A stretch of 64,000 nucleotides of DNA from Amoeboaphelidium protococcarum X5 (taxonomy: Eukaryota > Fungi > Aphelidiomycota). Each line of letters starts with the position of its first letter. Within the stretch, counting starts at the first letter, position 1. Below the pieces are notes generated by a model. The model made no database searches and was not told where the DNA came from. It saw only the letters and a program-made list of their open reading frames with translations. The DNA is taken from positions 254,264 to 318,263 of the forward strand of contig JALDTO010000213.1 in assembly GCA_023515725.1 (NCBI GenBank). Direction: 5' to 3'. The translations under genes were made by a program, and so were the position numbers. Below, one piece after another: positions 51,378 to 64,000 of this stretch.

Positions 51378-54101
51378 ATGATAAGCTTTTGGTGTATATT
51401 GCTGCCTCTCCTTTTGCCGTAACTCTCCCTGGCTGCGGTAACCAGATACTATGATGTCCTTAGAACAATCACCGGTGTTAGGCTGAGCTCTGATGGTAGT
51501 ATCTGGATGTCAGGCTCCAAGAATGGTCTTTACGGGCTGTACAATTTCGCCCCTGCCACTCAAACCGGTATCCGCACAATAACATTTGGTCAAGGTACAG
51601 GCAATGAACTTTCTGCGCTCAGCATTGACACTGCTACTCAAGAAATTTACGCAATTGGCTCGTGCACAATAGCTTTCAATGGTCAAACACTAATTGGTGG
51701 TGGTGATGCCACTCTGGTCAAGTTAAATCGCGTCGGTGCCGTGATTTGGGCCATGATATTTGGCTCATAGTATCTGGATGTCCCCAATTCTGTCTTTGTG
51801 GATTCTTACAACTAGGTTGTGTATGTCGCTGGCTATACTAATGGTAAGATAAATAATGGTCCCGATACTTACTCTGCCTAATCTTAGTGTTTCCTTGCCA
51901 AGTATAGAGCTGATAGCTCTCATGTCTGGACCATCTAAAAGGCTGCAACGGGTGGCTGCGAGTTCAGATCTGTTGTTGTGTCTAAAGCCGAGAATGGATA
52001 TGTTTACGTTGGTGGTGTCATCGATGGTTTTTATGCCTACTTTGGAGTCTATTCTCCAATCAACGGTCAACTGGTATCTGAATACTCTGCTAATGTTGAG
52101 TCTGGGTTCAATGCCATCGCTCTCAATCTAGCGCAAGACAAGGTGTTTGCAGCAGGTTACACCCGTGATTCAATTGATGGACAACCAACTTATGGAGGCT
52201 TAGATTTCTGGCTAACTTCATTTAGCTCAAGTGGCTCTAGGATTTCGTCAAGTATGATTTATGGCTCTCCTGAGGACGATGTATTGGAGGCTATAGATGT
52301 CGATTTCTTCTCTGGTAAAGTGTGGGTATCTGGATGGACTAAATACTTGCTGATTTCTGAAGGTTATTTCACTTTTGAACAGCTTGGTGCCATTACGAAA
52401 GATGCTTATTTTGTAGAGATTAATCCCGATAATTTTGCGCGTGGCCTATCATAGGTGTTATATACTATTGGTGGTCTTTGGGATGATATTGGCAAAGGAA
52501 TAGTAGTTGATGGGTTAGGACTCGTTAATGTTGCCCATGTTTTATCTGTTGACGTGTATGGTTTTGGCGATTTGCAAGTAGAAAATGCATATTAAAGACC
52601 ATTCTAGGCTATGGTGACTACTGCTACTAAGAAGATTACAACGACCACAACTACGACCACAACTACGACTACGACTACAACGACAACGACGACTACCACC
52701 ACATCAACCACAACGACTACCACCTCAACGACTACGACGACAACTACGACCACGACAACAACTACTACTCCTACCACAACGACTACCACCACTACGACAA
52801 CGACTACTACTACTACTACTACTACTCCTACTACAACGACTACCACCACTACAACTACTACTACTACTCCTACCACAACGACTACGATTGCTCTTACCAT
52901 CACTGTCACTACTACTCCAACCGCATTTGCAGCTTCTGCTACCAACTCGGTGCTTACCTCCGGTGTCAAAGTTGGAACGTCTTCGTCTAAATCGTTCACT
53001 CACTCCTTAATTATCTTTGAATGTCCAAACTGCGGGCCTCTGGGTGATGGCGCAGAGATAAGCACCAGTTCACAAGAATTGCGGAATTTTGTGCAACCTG
53101 CGAATTAGAATCCTAGTGGCTAATTAGCTGTTTAAGCACTGAGCATTTTGGCGTACATTGTCATCGCTCTTGCATCTATCGCAGGCAGTCTCTTGATGCT
53201 GAGACGTTACGGTCGCTAAAGACCCAAGGGAACTTTTACCACAACGTCAGGTGGTAACACTACCAACTAGCAGTTCACTACATCCGTGTTTGGTACAGCT
53301 ATGCAGACGTAAACCACTTCACTGCCCACTAATTATGCTATTTACATCCCAGCGTTCTTGAAATTTAACTATGGCGTTGACATTTAAATTTTAAAACAGA
53401 TTGCTGCTGGTGGAATGTCCAAGATTTATTTGGCTCGTCCTCTTGCTCCATAGTTGGTATAGAACGTATCTGCTGAAGTAGTGGTTGCAAAGGTTGGCAC
53501 TCACCCATTTACGCAGATGTAGGCTAGTGAAAAGCAGTCTTTCTACCAAGAACTTAGTTTGCTTTACAAGTTTAGGAATGTTCCGTATATTACAAAGTTG
53601 CATGGCTTCTGTGATACAAACGAAGCTGTGATGCTGATCAAGTACTATCCACTTGGCGCTTTAGCTGAGTATGTATTAGGTGAAAGCTCCACGTCGCAAA
53701 TGTATCCGCTGTCCAAGAATCAGATGCATAAGCTGATCCTTATTTTGTCGCAGACGATTGCTTATATGCATAGTTAAGGTATAGTTCACTGTGATCTTAA
53801 GCCACAGAATGTGCTCTTGGATGTGGATGAGAATGGCTGGCTAGTCCCTATACTGTCTGATCTAGGAATTTCTGCTATCACGGACGATAGTGCGCTCTTG
53901 GTGACTGCTTTCGAGGTTAGCTAGTAGCGTGGTCTGTCTCTATCGTACGCTGCACCAGAACTATTCACAAGGTTCAGAATGCGCTTCACCGAAACTTCTC
54001 CGTATATTTTGAAATCAGGTGATGTGTTTGCTCTGTCCATAATGATGCTCAATTTGATGACTCGCGTTAAGCCTTGGTCTATCTAGCAGCGCTAGTGGTG
54101 A
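51378..54101 (+). CDS. Receptor-like kinase, duplicate copy (907 aa)
   Basis: Intact paralog of 26011-28971, 79 codons shorter in the Thr/Ser stalk. Confidence 0.85.
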
Positions 54102-54301
54102 ATGAAGTGATATGCAAGATGATATTGATGAATCAATAAAACACAGGTAAATAGGTTGAAAGTTAAAAAAAATGAGAATGAATTACAGATAAATCGGTTT
54201 AAAATATTTTTTGCCGTTATATGGGTGAAATGAATTATTGAATCAAGCTTTAAGTTGAATTCTAATGATATAGCATCGTGATTATTCTTACATAGTGTTA
54301 G

Positions 54302-57300
54302 TCACTATTCAGATTACTACAAAATTTGAGCTTTAGTAGACCTTTACGATGCACGATAGCGAGCCAAATCCTTCTCTGACACACTAGGATTGACGATACC
54401 CAGAGCGTGTATAAAGTCGGCCATAGTGAGCACAATCTTTGTATAGTCCTCAGCTTCCTACTTCTTCATATCAAGAAACTGATTAGGACTTATTTAATGA
54501 TGCGCTGCACCATTTCGTTTAGCCATCAGATTAGACAATTTACCCTTCATCAACCCAAGGGGTGCAGCTGCAGACTGCTGCTGCTTAAAATTCACATAAC
54601 CTTACATATCACGCTCCAACTTTTCAATATTCCGAGATACTGCACGCATAACTGCTTCATTACACAACGCTTTAAAGTCAGCACCAGTCCATGTAGACAG
54701 CGGTATCTAATTACAAACTTACTGCAAATCTACGGAATCATCCAAGTTCAACTTTCGTGTTTGAGCTTGCAGAATCTTGAGCTGGCTCTCCCTAGTAGTT
54801 GCAGTCTCCAAATAAATCAATCTATCAAATCTACCAGTTCGTAATAAGGACGGATCAAGGAGATCAATCCTATTAGTGGCACCAATTACAAACACCATAG
54901 CACCATCACCATTGTCTGATGATGATTACTACTACTAAATACCATCCATCTCAGCCAGCAGTTAACTTACCACTCTACTCATAACACCTTCAGACTCGCG
55001 ACGAGGAGCCATAGCATCCAGCTCATCCATGAAAATGATAGTTCGCTTACCTTTACGAGCTTTAGCAAATAGATCACGTACATTTTTCTCCGTCTCACCG
55101 ACGTACATATTCATCAGCTCTGGTCCCTTGACAGAGAGAAAATTGCATCTGAGCTCATTAGCAATAGCCTTGGCAAGCAGACTCTTTCCAGATCCCGGAG
55201 ATCCATAAAATAATAGACCAGTTCTCTGCAAATGTTATCGCTTACTACTCAAACTGCCATCACCTTGGCCAGAAAATGTCGACTATTCAGAAATGTTCAT
55301 CTACTATTACTGCTACTATCTCATAGGGAGAATTATACTATCATAAATCTCCTACTTGGCCTCTTCCAAACCACCAACATCATCAAACGAGACATCAGGT
55401 ATAGCAGAGAGGGCAAACTTTGTTCCCAACTAGCTCAACTTCTGATACTCTAACATCTCATTGATGAATTGCTCATGATCCAAAAGCTTTGACGAGAAGC
55501 CGGATGATGATGATGATGTCGCATACTTGACAAGCATCATGTCATGTATATCCGTTAGTTCGCGATACGATAGAGAATCCAACTCGGCCACCGCACGACC
55601 AAAGTCAACATCAGACGCACAAAAAGGCGTAAATAATTATTCTAGAGTAGAGATATGATTGCGACGATCCCAGTTCTTTATTGCCACCTCTTCCTAAAAT
55701 AATCTTCTCACATTCTTAGACAGGTTGGATCTGGATGAAGTACTAGCGATGAAAACAATCGGCAATCCAGTCATCACGATAGCCTCAGTGTGAGCGCGAT
55801 TTATGTTATCCATAATCGCTTTACACAGCATCTTCTCCTCTCGCTGGATAAGAGAACTTTAATCCTATTCCTCCATCAGGCCGGCCGGTTTGATAGACAA
55901 GCCATGAATGTCCTACAGGTATATCACGCATGGAGCCATCAGGCCAGCTCCCATTATCGCTTACTGCATATAAGTAATCATATCTGCAGTACTAAATCCA
56001 TTCAATTCATGTGCAGACACATTCAGCACTTTGTAGCCGGCCAGAGAGCACACGCATTACACCCACTACTCTATTGGAATGTCTTCTTCACAATCAATTA
56101 AAATGTTGCATGGCTACAACAAATTCGCCTTAATCAATCGCAACACTTACTAAGAGGCGACTTGGTTGTAATTTAACAATAAATGCGGGATATAACTGTC
56201 CGTAAGTGGTAAAAGTGAATATCCATTCTCGTTATCAATTTCCACTTTAGTATTGACGGGATCCACTAAAAATTAATCTGTACTATCCAAATCCACACCA
56301 GCGCCATTAATCGACTTGACGATAAACGATAAAGAGAGAATGCGATCTCCACCTTGACTGACTGGCGAATCTTTATCATCATACAAAGTATAATAATCCA
56401 CAGGCACCTAGAGCAAATCCCCAGGAGCTATTGCACTTTATGAAAGCCCGAAATAACGCTTCAATGCCATGTTTCTAACCTCATAAAAGCGCTAAATCTT
56501 GATTTATTTATCCAATGGCTGACCCATCTCAAACTCGAAATCTTCAGGCGTAACAATCATCTGCACTTTAATCTCTTGCGCAACAGATGGTGTATTCGAT
56601 TGATCTTTATCAGCGGACAATTTTTCAATCTTGACACAATCCACCGAATCTCTAGGCAACTTTAAATAGGCATACAAGTAAGGATGTGCGACAATCTAAT
56701 TAGCAAGACCATCCAGTTCAATCAATTTAACTTACACCACGCGCTTCCTATCTCCATACTTCACAATAATCTTACTCCCACTGAGTATGTCTTACTTAAT
56801 GAGCATATCTAAAGACATTAGAACGGTGTTGACGTCTGCATTATTCGTAATTTCACAGAATTGCTAGTTGGATAGCTGATACGCCATAGCTAAGCCTTTG
56901 TTCACTTTGCCACGATGCTTAGGTAGTTGATAATTAACATCAGAATCGCGTTATAACACTTCAACGACCGTTTATTTGGAATTAATCGACCCACAGCGCT
57001 AAGGATAAGTAAAAACCGTCTTGAATGCAAGTACTTCACCATGTTCGTCAATGTAATGATAAACACCATTTTGACTTATCCATCGCCCATCAAGTATCTG
57101 CTATATTTACTACTCTGACACTTATTCAGTTAATTCTCCAACCAGCATTTAGACCACTACTTCACTTAACTACTAATCTAAAACTTTATTCTCCGCCATT
57201 CCATTGTCTAAACTAGATACGGTGCATTTGACGCGTTTCTTGACCATTTCAAATTAGTTTTCACCATCAGACTGAGTTGTGCTATTACTTGGTAATTCAC

Positions 57301-57610
57301 CACCACCAATTCTAACAGAATTACCACTTAAACTCTCGTCCGTCTTTATAACATTGAATACCATCTCCACAGACTATTTCTTTAGATTGCATAAAGGTAA
57401 CGGCTTTTCATTAATGGGGAAATCCAATGCAACAATGTCGTCATATTAGACAACAAGCTGTTAACAATCTCCATACTTTTCCATCAGATCACACGAAAGA
57501 TATAAGACTTGAGACTTTTCTAGATTTAGAGTGTTTACACCATCATCCACCTGACATAATTGTAATTCGAGATCTGCAGTTACACGATTCTTATGCACCT
57601 TACGCGACAT
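54302..57610 (-). CDS. PEX6: Peroxisomal AAA ATPase Pex6 (1102 aa)
   Basis: [83 protein letters not shown]; degenerate first AAA module. Confidence 0.88.
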
Positions 57611-57845
57611 GATAAAATGATGATTGTTATTATTACAAAGGGGGAATTGAGTAGAAATTTGTGAATGAAAAGACTGAAGAAAACGCGTCGAACAAGAAGA
57701 ACGGCTTAATGTACTCTCCCCTCACTCTCTAACTCTCAGGTAGCTTTTAACGCGTGTTGGAAAAGAAGCCAAAAATATTAATCTTGGTCTTGAATAGAAA
57801 TTTGATTGTTAATAATCGCCATTCTCGTAATTGGTTAGAGTAAAG

Positions 57846-58631
57846 ATGGCTCATTTTGTGGATGAAGAAGAGATCAAACTTCCTGCAAGCGAGACAATTA
57901 TTCAGTAAGACATTGGATTGATCGCGCCAAATCTATTTAAATTGTGTCCGTTGTACTTTGATATGTCTCGTCCAGTGGTGGAAATTAATCACAAAGCATT
58001 AAAGTTGCAGCAATCAAGAGATGCAGGCACCGATAAAAATAAGGAATCATAAATTGACTAAGCGCTTGATAGTCTTCTCCAGACCACCTAGTCACCGTCC
58101 AAAGCCCTGGAGCAATAGTCGGAGGCCGCCAAGTAGAAGTAGAGTAAGAAGCGGATGGGCGCGTCTGATGCCGGATCTGATTGGTACCATATGCCTAGAA
58201 CTGAGATTACACCAGAGATTGAGTAGGATCTACGTTTGATATAGATGCGAAATGTACTGGATCCTAAGCGATTTTACAAGAAGGATAACAGTATATTATA
58301 AGGAGCGCTGGCGAAGGGTGCTAATAAGAAGGCCGGCGGTAATAAGAAGGGCCAGGTTAAGAGTGCATTCTTCTAGATCGGTACAGTCCTAGGTGGTACA
58401 GGTGTGGATACGGCAATCAATAATGCAGATAGCGTCAAAGGTGCGCGTAATGGTGGTGGAATTGTCGAGGCTCTGCTGCAGGATGAACGCAGTAGGGAGT
58501 ATTACAAGCGTAAGTTTGATGCTGTGCGTGAAAAGAAGGAGCGTATTAACAACAGCGGGTATAATGCTGTGAAGAAGCGTCGTTTTGGGGGTACTCAGAC
58601 AATGAATAGTAAGCGTAAATCTAATAGATGA
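57846..58631 (+). CDS. FCF2: rRNA-processing protein Fcf2
   Basis: DAGSDWYHMPRTEITPEIEQDLRLIQMRNVLDPKRFYKK...FFQIGTV...IVEALLQD. Confidence 0.9.
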
Positions 58632-58722
58632 ATAAATAATAGAGCTGTTCATTTAGACGCCTTTAGTGGCTTTAATTTTTTTCATCATTTTATCGCAGTT
58701 ATAGCAAAGCGGAGAGAATACA

Positions 58723-59895
58723 ATGATAAGACAAGTGAGTATATTTATTGTATTCGCGGTTGTTATATTCAATTCGCTGTTGATTAATATTCTACAGTGG
58801 CCAATATTATGGCTGAGATTAGCCAGGAGTGGATGGAATAGACTCTTTGGACGTGTTTAACTATTGAATGAATCTAGATTTGCAATCATTAATAGAATGG
58901 AGCACCGATGGTGTACGTTTACAGAGAAGGCTTTCGTAGAGATTTTACTTTTAATCACGTACATGTTTGCGCCTACAGAGCTTGTGGTTATTGGCGATGA
59001 AGATGGTGATATTCCATCTAAGACTCGTGGTGAGAATGTTGTACTTATTGCTAATCATCAATGCTACGCGGATTGGATTTATCTCTGGTTCCTGGCGTAC
59101 TCTTAGAATGCGCATGGTATGATGAAGATTATACTCAAAGATGGTCTTAAACATTATCCGATTATTGGGTGGGGAATGCAGGCCTTTGATTTCATATTTC
59201 TACGGCGGAATTGGTCTGATGATCAGTTTAACCTGAGTCTCGCTCTGGATAATCTCACCCGCAATCAGTAGTAGATGGATGATGATAAAAACTTTTGGCT
59301 CCTATTGTTTCCGGAAGGCACGGTTGTTAATCCTAACACAATGGAAAAATCTCGATAGTACTGGTAGCGATAAGTAGATACAGATTCTAGTCGTGTTCTC
59401 CCCACTCATCCGAAGCATCATCTTCTTCCACGGAGTACTGGGCTTCGATTCATCTTGGACAACTTTCATACTAGGCGTCAAGATGTTGCTCTCTACGATC
59501 TGACTATGGCTTATTATCCCTCAACTAGTGATCAAGTAGTAGAAAAGTTGTACACGTTGCGCAACATATTTGGTGATCTAATGCCTCCTCAGCGAGTGTA
59601 CTTTTATTGCCGAAAATTATAATCGTAACAGTATACTAGCACGCTGCGTGATGAATAGGCGTTTAGTTTGTATTTACAAGATCGCTTCATGGAAAAGGAT
59701 GAATTGATGGCCGAATTTTACAATCGAGGCTCTTGGAGTCATTTTCAGTCTTCGATGCCTAGTAAGACTTACCGCGTTGGCCGTCATAGCTGGCTTGACT
59801 GCGATCAAGAATGCGGAACCAATTTTGCCTTGGTCAAAGTCTGGATGATTTGGTGTTATTACCTCGGCGCTTACCTCATTCTCTCTCATCTTTGA
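58723..59895 (+). CDS. Lysophospholipid acyltransferase (LCLAT1/Cst26-like)
   Basis: IANHQCYADW, KIILKDGLKHYPIIGWGM..FDFIFLRRNW, LLFPEGT, LLPRSTGL, YDLTMAY; 390 aa. Confidence 0.9.
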
Positions 59896-60232
59896 TATTT
59901 AAAAGCCAATAATGAACGTACACTGTAGATTATTTATTAATAAACTTTCAATTGATTTTAACCTCTTCTGAATCTATACTTTCGTCGCTAATTGAAACGA
60001 TCAGATCAAGATCGCGTTCCGCTCGTCACTTTGGATCAACCTTAGAATGCTCTTTCCCATTCCCAAAACTCTCGCTTGCACAAAGACAAAGACTGACTGG
60101 GGGAGTCTTGGAGCTTTCGCGGTCTCCGATCCTCGAGAAGTTGTTGAGAGTTTATCAAGTTTTTTTCTTTCTTTAAGCGTGAATTTTCATATCATCATTA
60201 TCACAGTTGAAAAGCACATACAAAGTTTAAGA

Positions 60233-61752
60233 ATGCTCAAGGTTGGAAAGATCTAGAGTGTAAGTATATAGTCTGTTTAAATGTGTATGTGTTCATCAGT
60301 GATATGCGAGAACGGTGAATGTGTAGATCGGAGCGAAGCAATTGAATGTCAGATTGGCCTCCACCACTACCGCCACGTCATTGAAGAACAGAATGAGTGA
60401 ACTGGTGCCTTAGAAGTAGGAAGAGGTTAAACGCGTTCGTAAGGAGCATGGTGAGAAGAGTCTGGGTAATGTCACCGTCGACATGGCTTATGGTGGTATG
60501 CGTGGAATTAAAGGACTGATCTGGGAGACTTCCCTTTTGGATGCCGATGAGGTACGTGTTAATTTTGCATGGATGTACGATGACTGATGTATATATTGTA
60601 CTTTCTGAATTTTTGTAGGGTATTCGCTTTAGAGGAATGACTATTCCAGAGTGTTAGGAAAAGTTGCCAAAGGCCAATGGTGGATAGGAACCGCTGCCTG
60701 AGGGATTGTTCTACCTTCTGCTGACTGGTGAAGTGCCTACCAAAGAACAGGTGGACGAGGTGTCTAGAGATTGGGCTAATCGCGCGTCATCTCTACCTAA
60801 ACATGTTGAGGATATCATTGATTAGTGCCCGGTGACTTTGCATCCAATGTCGCAGTTCTCTATTGCAGTTACCGCCATGCAGCATGATAGCAAGTTTGCA
60901 CAGGCTTACTAGCAGGGAGTGCACAAGAGCAAGTACTGGGAGTACGCTTATGAAGACTCAATGGATCTTATTGCCAAGTTGCCTGTTGTTGCATCCAGAA
61001 TTTATCGTAATGTATTCAAGGATGGTAAGGTGGCTGCTATTGATAAGACTAAGGATTGGTCTTACAATTTTGCCAACATGCTCGGCTTTGGTAAGGATGC
61101 TCAGTTCGTCGAGCTGATGCGCTTGTACTTGACCATCCATTCTGATCATGAGGGTGGCAATGTTAGTGCTCATACCACTCACCTGGTCGGTAGTGCTCTA
61201 TCTGATCCGTACTTGTCGTTTGCTGCCGGTCTGAATGGTCTGGCTGGTCCATTGCACGGTCTTGCCAACCAGGAGGTGTTGCGTTGGATCTTGCAGATGA
61301 AGGAGGAAATCGGAACTAATGTCAGTGATGAACAGGTGCGTGACTACTGCTGGAAGACGCTGAAGAGTGGCCAAGTTATTCCAGGTTATGGACACGCTGT
61401 GTTGAGAAAGACTGACCCAAGATACACGTGCCAGCGTGAGTTTGCACTGAAGCATCTGCCAACTGATCCTCTGTTCAAGATGGTGTCTCAGCTGTACAAC
61501 ATTGTGCCTAATGTTTTGACTGAGCAGGGCAAGACCAAGAATCCGTTCCCTAATGTGGATGCTCACTCTGGTGTTCTCCTGCAGCATTACAACTTGAAAG
61601 AGCAAGAGTTCTACACTGTTCTGTTTGGTGTATCGCGTGCTCTGGGCTGTCTCTCACAGTTGGTGTGGGACAGAGCTCTCGGCCTGCCTATTGAGAGACC
61701 AAAATCTTTGACCACTGACACTATCAAGAAGATGTTTGATGGTAAGAAGTGA
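60233..61752 (+). CDS. CIT1: Mitochondrial citrate synthase; introns 60260-60326 and 60552-60618
   Basis: [72 protein letters not shown]. Two 67-nt GT-AG introns restore the frame. Confidence 0.97.
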
Positions 61753-61964
61753 TTCCTATATAAAGCCGACGGTAGACCACATGCTTTATATAATGAAAGT
61801 GGCCGCTAATTAATAAAAATATTGCGTTACCATTCCCATTATCTTATTGGGTTTTTTACCAATCGTTAGAATTTGAATTTTTGATAAGCTTCTAATGTTG
61901 TTTTCTCACTGCGCGTTAACTCTTTCCCTATTACCACGAGCATAATAGAAACATCTAAGTAGAA

Positions 61965-62415
61965 ATGTTGAAGAGAGTGACAAGTTTGCGTGCATTCTCT
62001 TTTGGTATCCCCCTTTTTAATAGTTCACCTGCTGCCAAAGTTATTGAAGTGTCAGATTCGGCAGCCTTTTAGAAAGTATTAAAGTCTGACAATTTGGTGC
62101 TCGTTGATTTTTACGCCAACTGGGTAAGATTAAAGTTTTGATGACGCGTTTTGATTATTAAATTCCATACTTTTAGTGTAGTGCGGTCCATGTAAAATGC
62201 TGACTCCAGTCCTTACTAAAGTTGTGAATAACTAATCCGGTGTAACAATGATTAAGGTCGATGTAGACGCCGTGTCTGAAGTTGCATAAGAGTATAGAAT
62301 CAGTTCATTGCCGACCGTGGTGGCTATGAAGAATGGCAGCGAAGTAGGAAGATTCATTGGTCTGAAAGACGAGTAGAAAGTGAAGCAGTTCATCAATCAG
62401 TTCCAAGAGAAATGA
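61965..62415 (+). CDS. Thioredoxin with probable mitochondrial presequence; intron 62124-62181
   Basis: VDFYANW|CGPCKML after splicing GTAAGA...TGTAG; MLKRVTSLRAFSF leader. Confidence 0.9.
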
Positions 62416-62479
62416 CAATGTGAACAAACAACTATATAAAAATGTATTGATTTACTAAATGCATGCAATAGTAGTACCA

Positions 62480-62980
62480 TCATTTCGACATGAAATAGTA
62501 CAATGTTAGAGCAACTACGAAGCCAAGGAGAATAAGCAGCTGCTGTCTGCTCTCGTCCATGTTTTAGAAATATGCTCGCGGGTCGGTCGGCATCGCGTTC
62601 GCAGTCACTTTCTTACCACTGCCCAGTACGTATCCCGTGGAACTAGTCTATGATGGTCCAGCAGATGCTAGCAACCGCTTCAATTTCTACTCAACTTGAC
62701 CGATATCAGCACCCACCACAGTGTCCGCCTACTTTCCATTCTTGAACAGCACAAAGGTTGGCATCGCAGTCACAGAGTACTATTGTGCCAGTGCGGACTC
62801 TTTATCCACATCTACTCGTCCAAATGCAGCACCTGGATACTAGGTAGCCATAGAATGGAACTTGGGAGCTATCATTTTACATGGCCCGCACCACTCGGCT
62901 GCAAAGTCAATAACCGCAACAGGTTTGCTATTTATCAATTTCGAGAACTACAGGGAGCTGTTTATATCTTGCACTGTCAT
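62480..62980 (-). CDS. Thioredoxin with C-terminal transmembrane anchor (166 aa)
   Basis: [16 protein letters not shown]...AMPTF; tail [23 protein letters not shown]. Confidence 0.9.
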
Positions 62981-63204
62981 TTTATAATTCTTTTTCTACA
63001 ATCAAACGAGAATACAGGCGTAAATATTATGCCGCGCTTTTTGCTTTTTGTTTCAGACGTGACGCGGTTAGAAACTCGTCTTGAGTAGATGCTTTTCCCA
63101 TTCTCATTTTTATTATCCAACAGATTCCCGACGGTCAATATAATGATATGCAAAATTTTTAAGTCGGCGTTCTAAGGAATGAATTGTTAGAGGCGTTAAC
63201 GGTC

Positions 63205-63418
63205 GTCAAGTTATGAAGATTGACGCGTTAACGAGTTATAGGTGACCTGGAGTTTGTCGCCTCTCTTCTTTGGAGGATTTTTTAGAATACTGTAGTGAAT
63301 TTTGAATGATTGAATATTATACTATCTGGAAATAGTGTTTTCCATGACTGACAAATATTTCCATTGGAACGGTGGTTCCCGTGTCTCTGCTGGTATTAAT
63401 AATACGGGCAGCCCTCGT
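63205..63418 (+). repeat. Dispersed structured leader, copy 2
   Basis: Homologous to 19984-20175. Confidence 0.75.
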
Positions 63419-63425
63419 ATCATGA

Positions 63426-63985
63426 ATGACGAAAACTTTGCACACCTTCCTGCACAATGGCACTCTTAACAACAAGAAAGAGGCTAATGAGACTTGGTGT
63501 AGAAAGTTTACTAATTACTCGACCATGATATTCGTTGATCTTTATACTCCATGGTTTGGGAATTTAGTTAATAAAAGGATGTCCACATCTTTGCAAAAGT
63601 TTGTTGATGCTGCTTAAAGAAAGTAAGGTGGGAAAGAATACAAGCATCTTCGATTCAAACAGCTCTTAATTACGTGTATCGCTAGTTGAAGATTGTCTAT
63701 CCTGGCTATGGAGTTGACTTCTTCAGAGACCCGATATTCACAAATGTCTCGTCAATCCTGGATAGCAAAATGAAGCAATTGTAAGCTGACGGGCTGGAAG
63801 AAGCTAAATAGCATCGTTCTTTGACAACAGAAGATTTTTAAAACCAGGTCAACATTCTTGATCCTGATGATGCTGATGGGCTAATTATGTTATTTTATAC
63901 CGACCATATATCTGCTCTGTTAGCGATATTGATCCTCAATTCAAGGGGTTTTGCGCCACTTTGGTTTGGTATTAGTTTAGGTTGA
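63426..63985 (+). mobile_element. Crypton-like (DUF3504-type) tyrosine recombinase remnant, frameshifted and truncated
   Basis: LQKFVDAAQRKQGGKEYK, frameshift at ~63645, then SSIQTALNYVYRQL...DFFRDPIF.....LDSKMKQLQADG......SLTTED......LDPDDADGL, the pattern preceding the catalytic domain of Crypton/DUF3504 proteins. Confidence 0.6.
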
Positions 63986-64000
63986 CCCCCCCCCCCCCCC

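Larger units (their letters stand above)
48812..54215. repeat. Right arm of the inverted duplication (partner 25891-31538)
   Basis: Same gene order reversed, with scattered substitutions and a shorter Thr/Ser stalk. Confidence 0.95.

Noticed and set aside
25891-54215. Inverted arms as terminal inverted repeats of a giant transposon or virus-like element
   Set aside because: The arms are diverged cellular genes, the interior holds housekeeping genes, and no transposase, polymerase, capsid or target-site duplication was seen.
62696-63088. 130-aa + strand ORF, and similar antisense ORFs over citrate synthase, AP-1 mu and PEX6
   Set aside because: They overlap well-supported genes on the opposite strand and show no recognisable motifs.
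1-64000. Apparent mass pseudogenisation, or many tiny genes, suggested by the supplied ORF track
   Set aside because: The breaks are TAA/TAG at Gln positions; the genes are continuous under table 6.
63960-64000. TTGGTTTGG...TTTAGG followed by poly-C as a telomere
   Set aside because: No regular tandem telomeric unit; cannot be judged at the window edge.

Overview
Gene-dense, nearly intron-free eukaryotic DNA with fungal/opisthokont-type genes. It reads cleanly only if TAA and TAG encode Gln and TGA is the sole stop (NCBI table 6-like), so the supplied ORF track is fragmented; I re-translated the genes by eye. This code plus the gene content suggests an aphelid such as Amoeboaphelidium protococcarum (inference). 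Housekeeping genes: FAB1 (partial), GAA1, CEP120-like, RNF121-like, MRX11-like, a monoglyceride lipase, Tctex-1, DUF1365, neutral ceramidase, AP-1 mu, PEX6, FCF2, an acyltransferase, citrate synthase and two thioredoxins. Accessory content: (i) four intact ~680-690 aa paralogs built as signal peptide + basic NLS-like motif + helical body + C-terminal HicA-toxin-like domain, the top candidate for an undescribed secreted nuclear RNase effector system; (ii) three tandem PD-(D/E)xK nuclease + kinase genes; (iii) a ~5.5 kb inverted duplication (receptor kinase with Thr-rich stalk, Mug135-like gene, DRB0094-type RNA ligase) inserted into a fifth, destroyed effector copy; (iv) decayed Helitron-like and Crypton-like elements, two of which share a ~200 nt leader with covarying hairpins.
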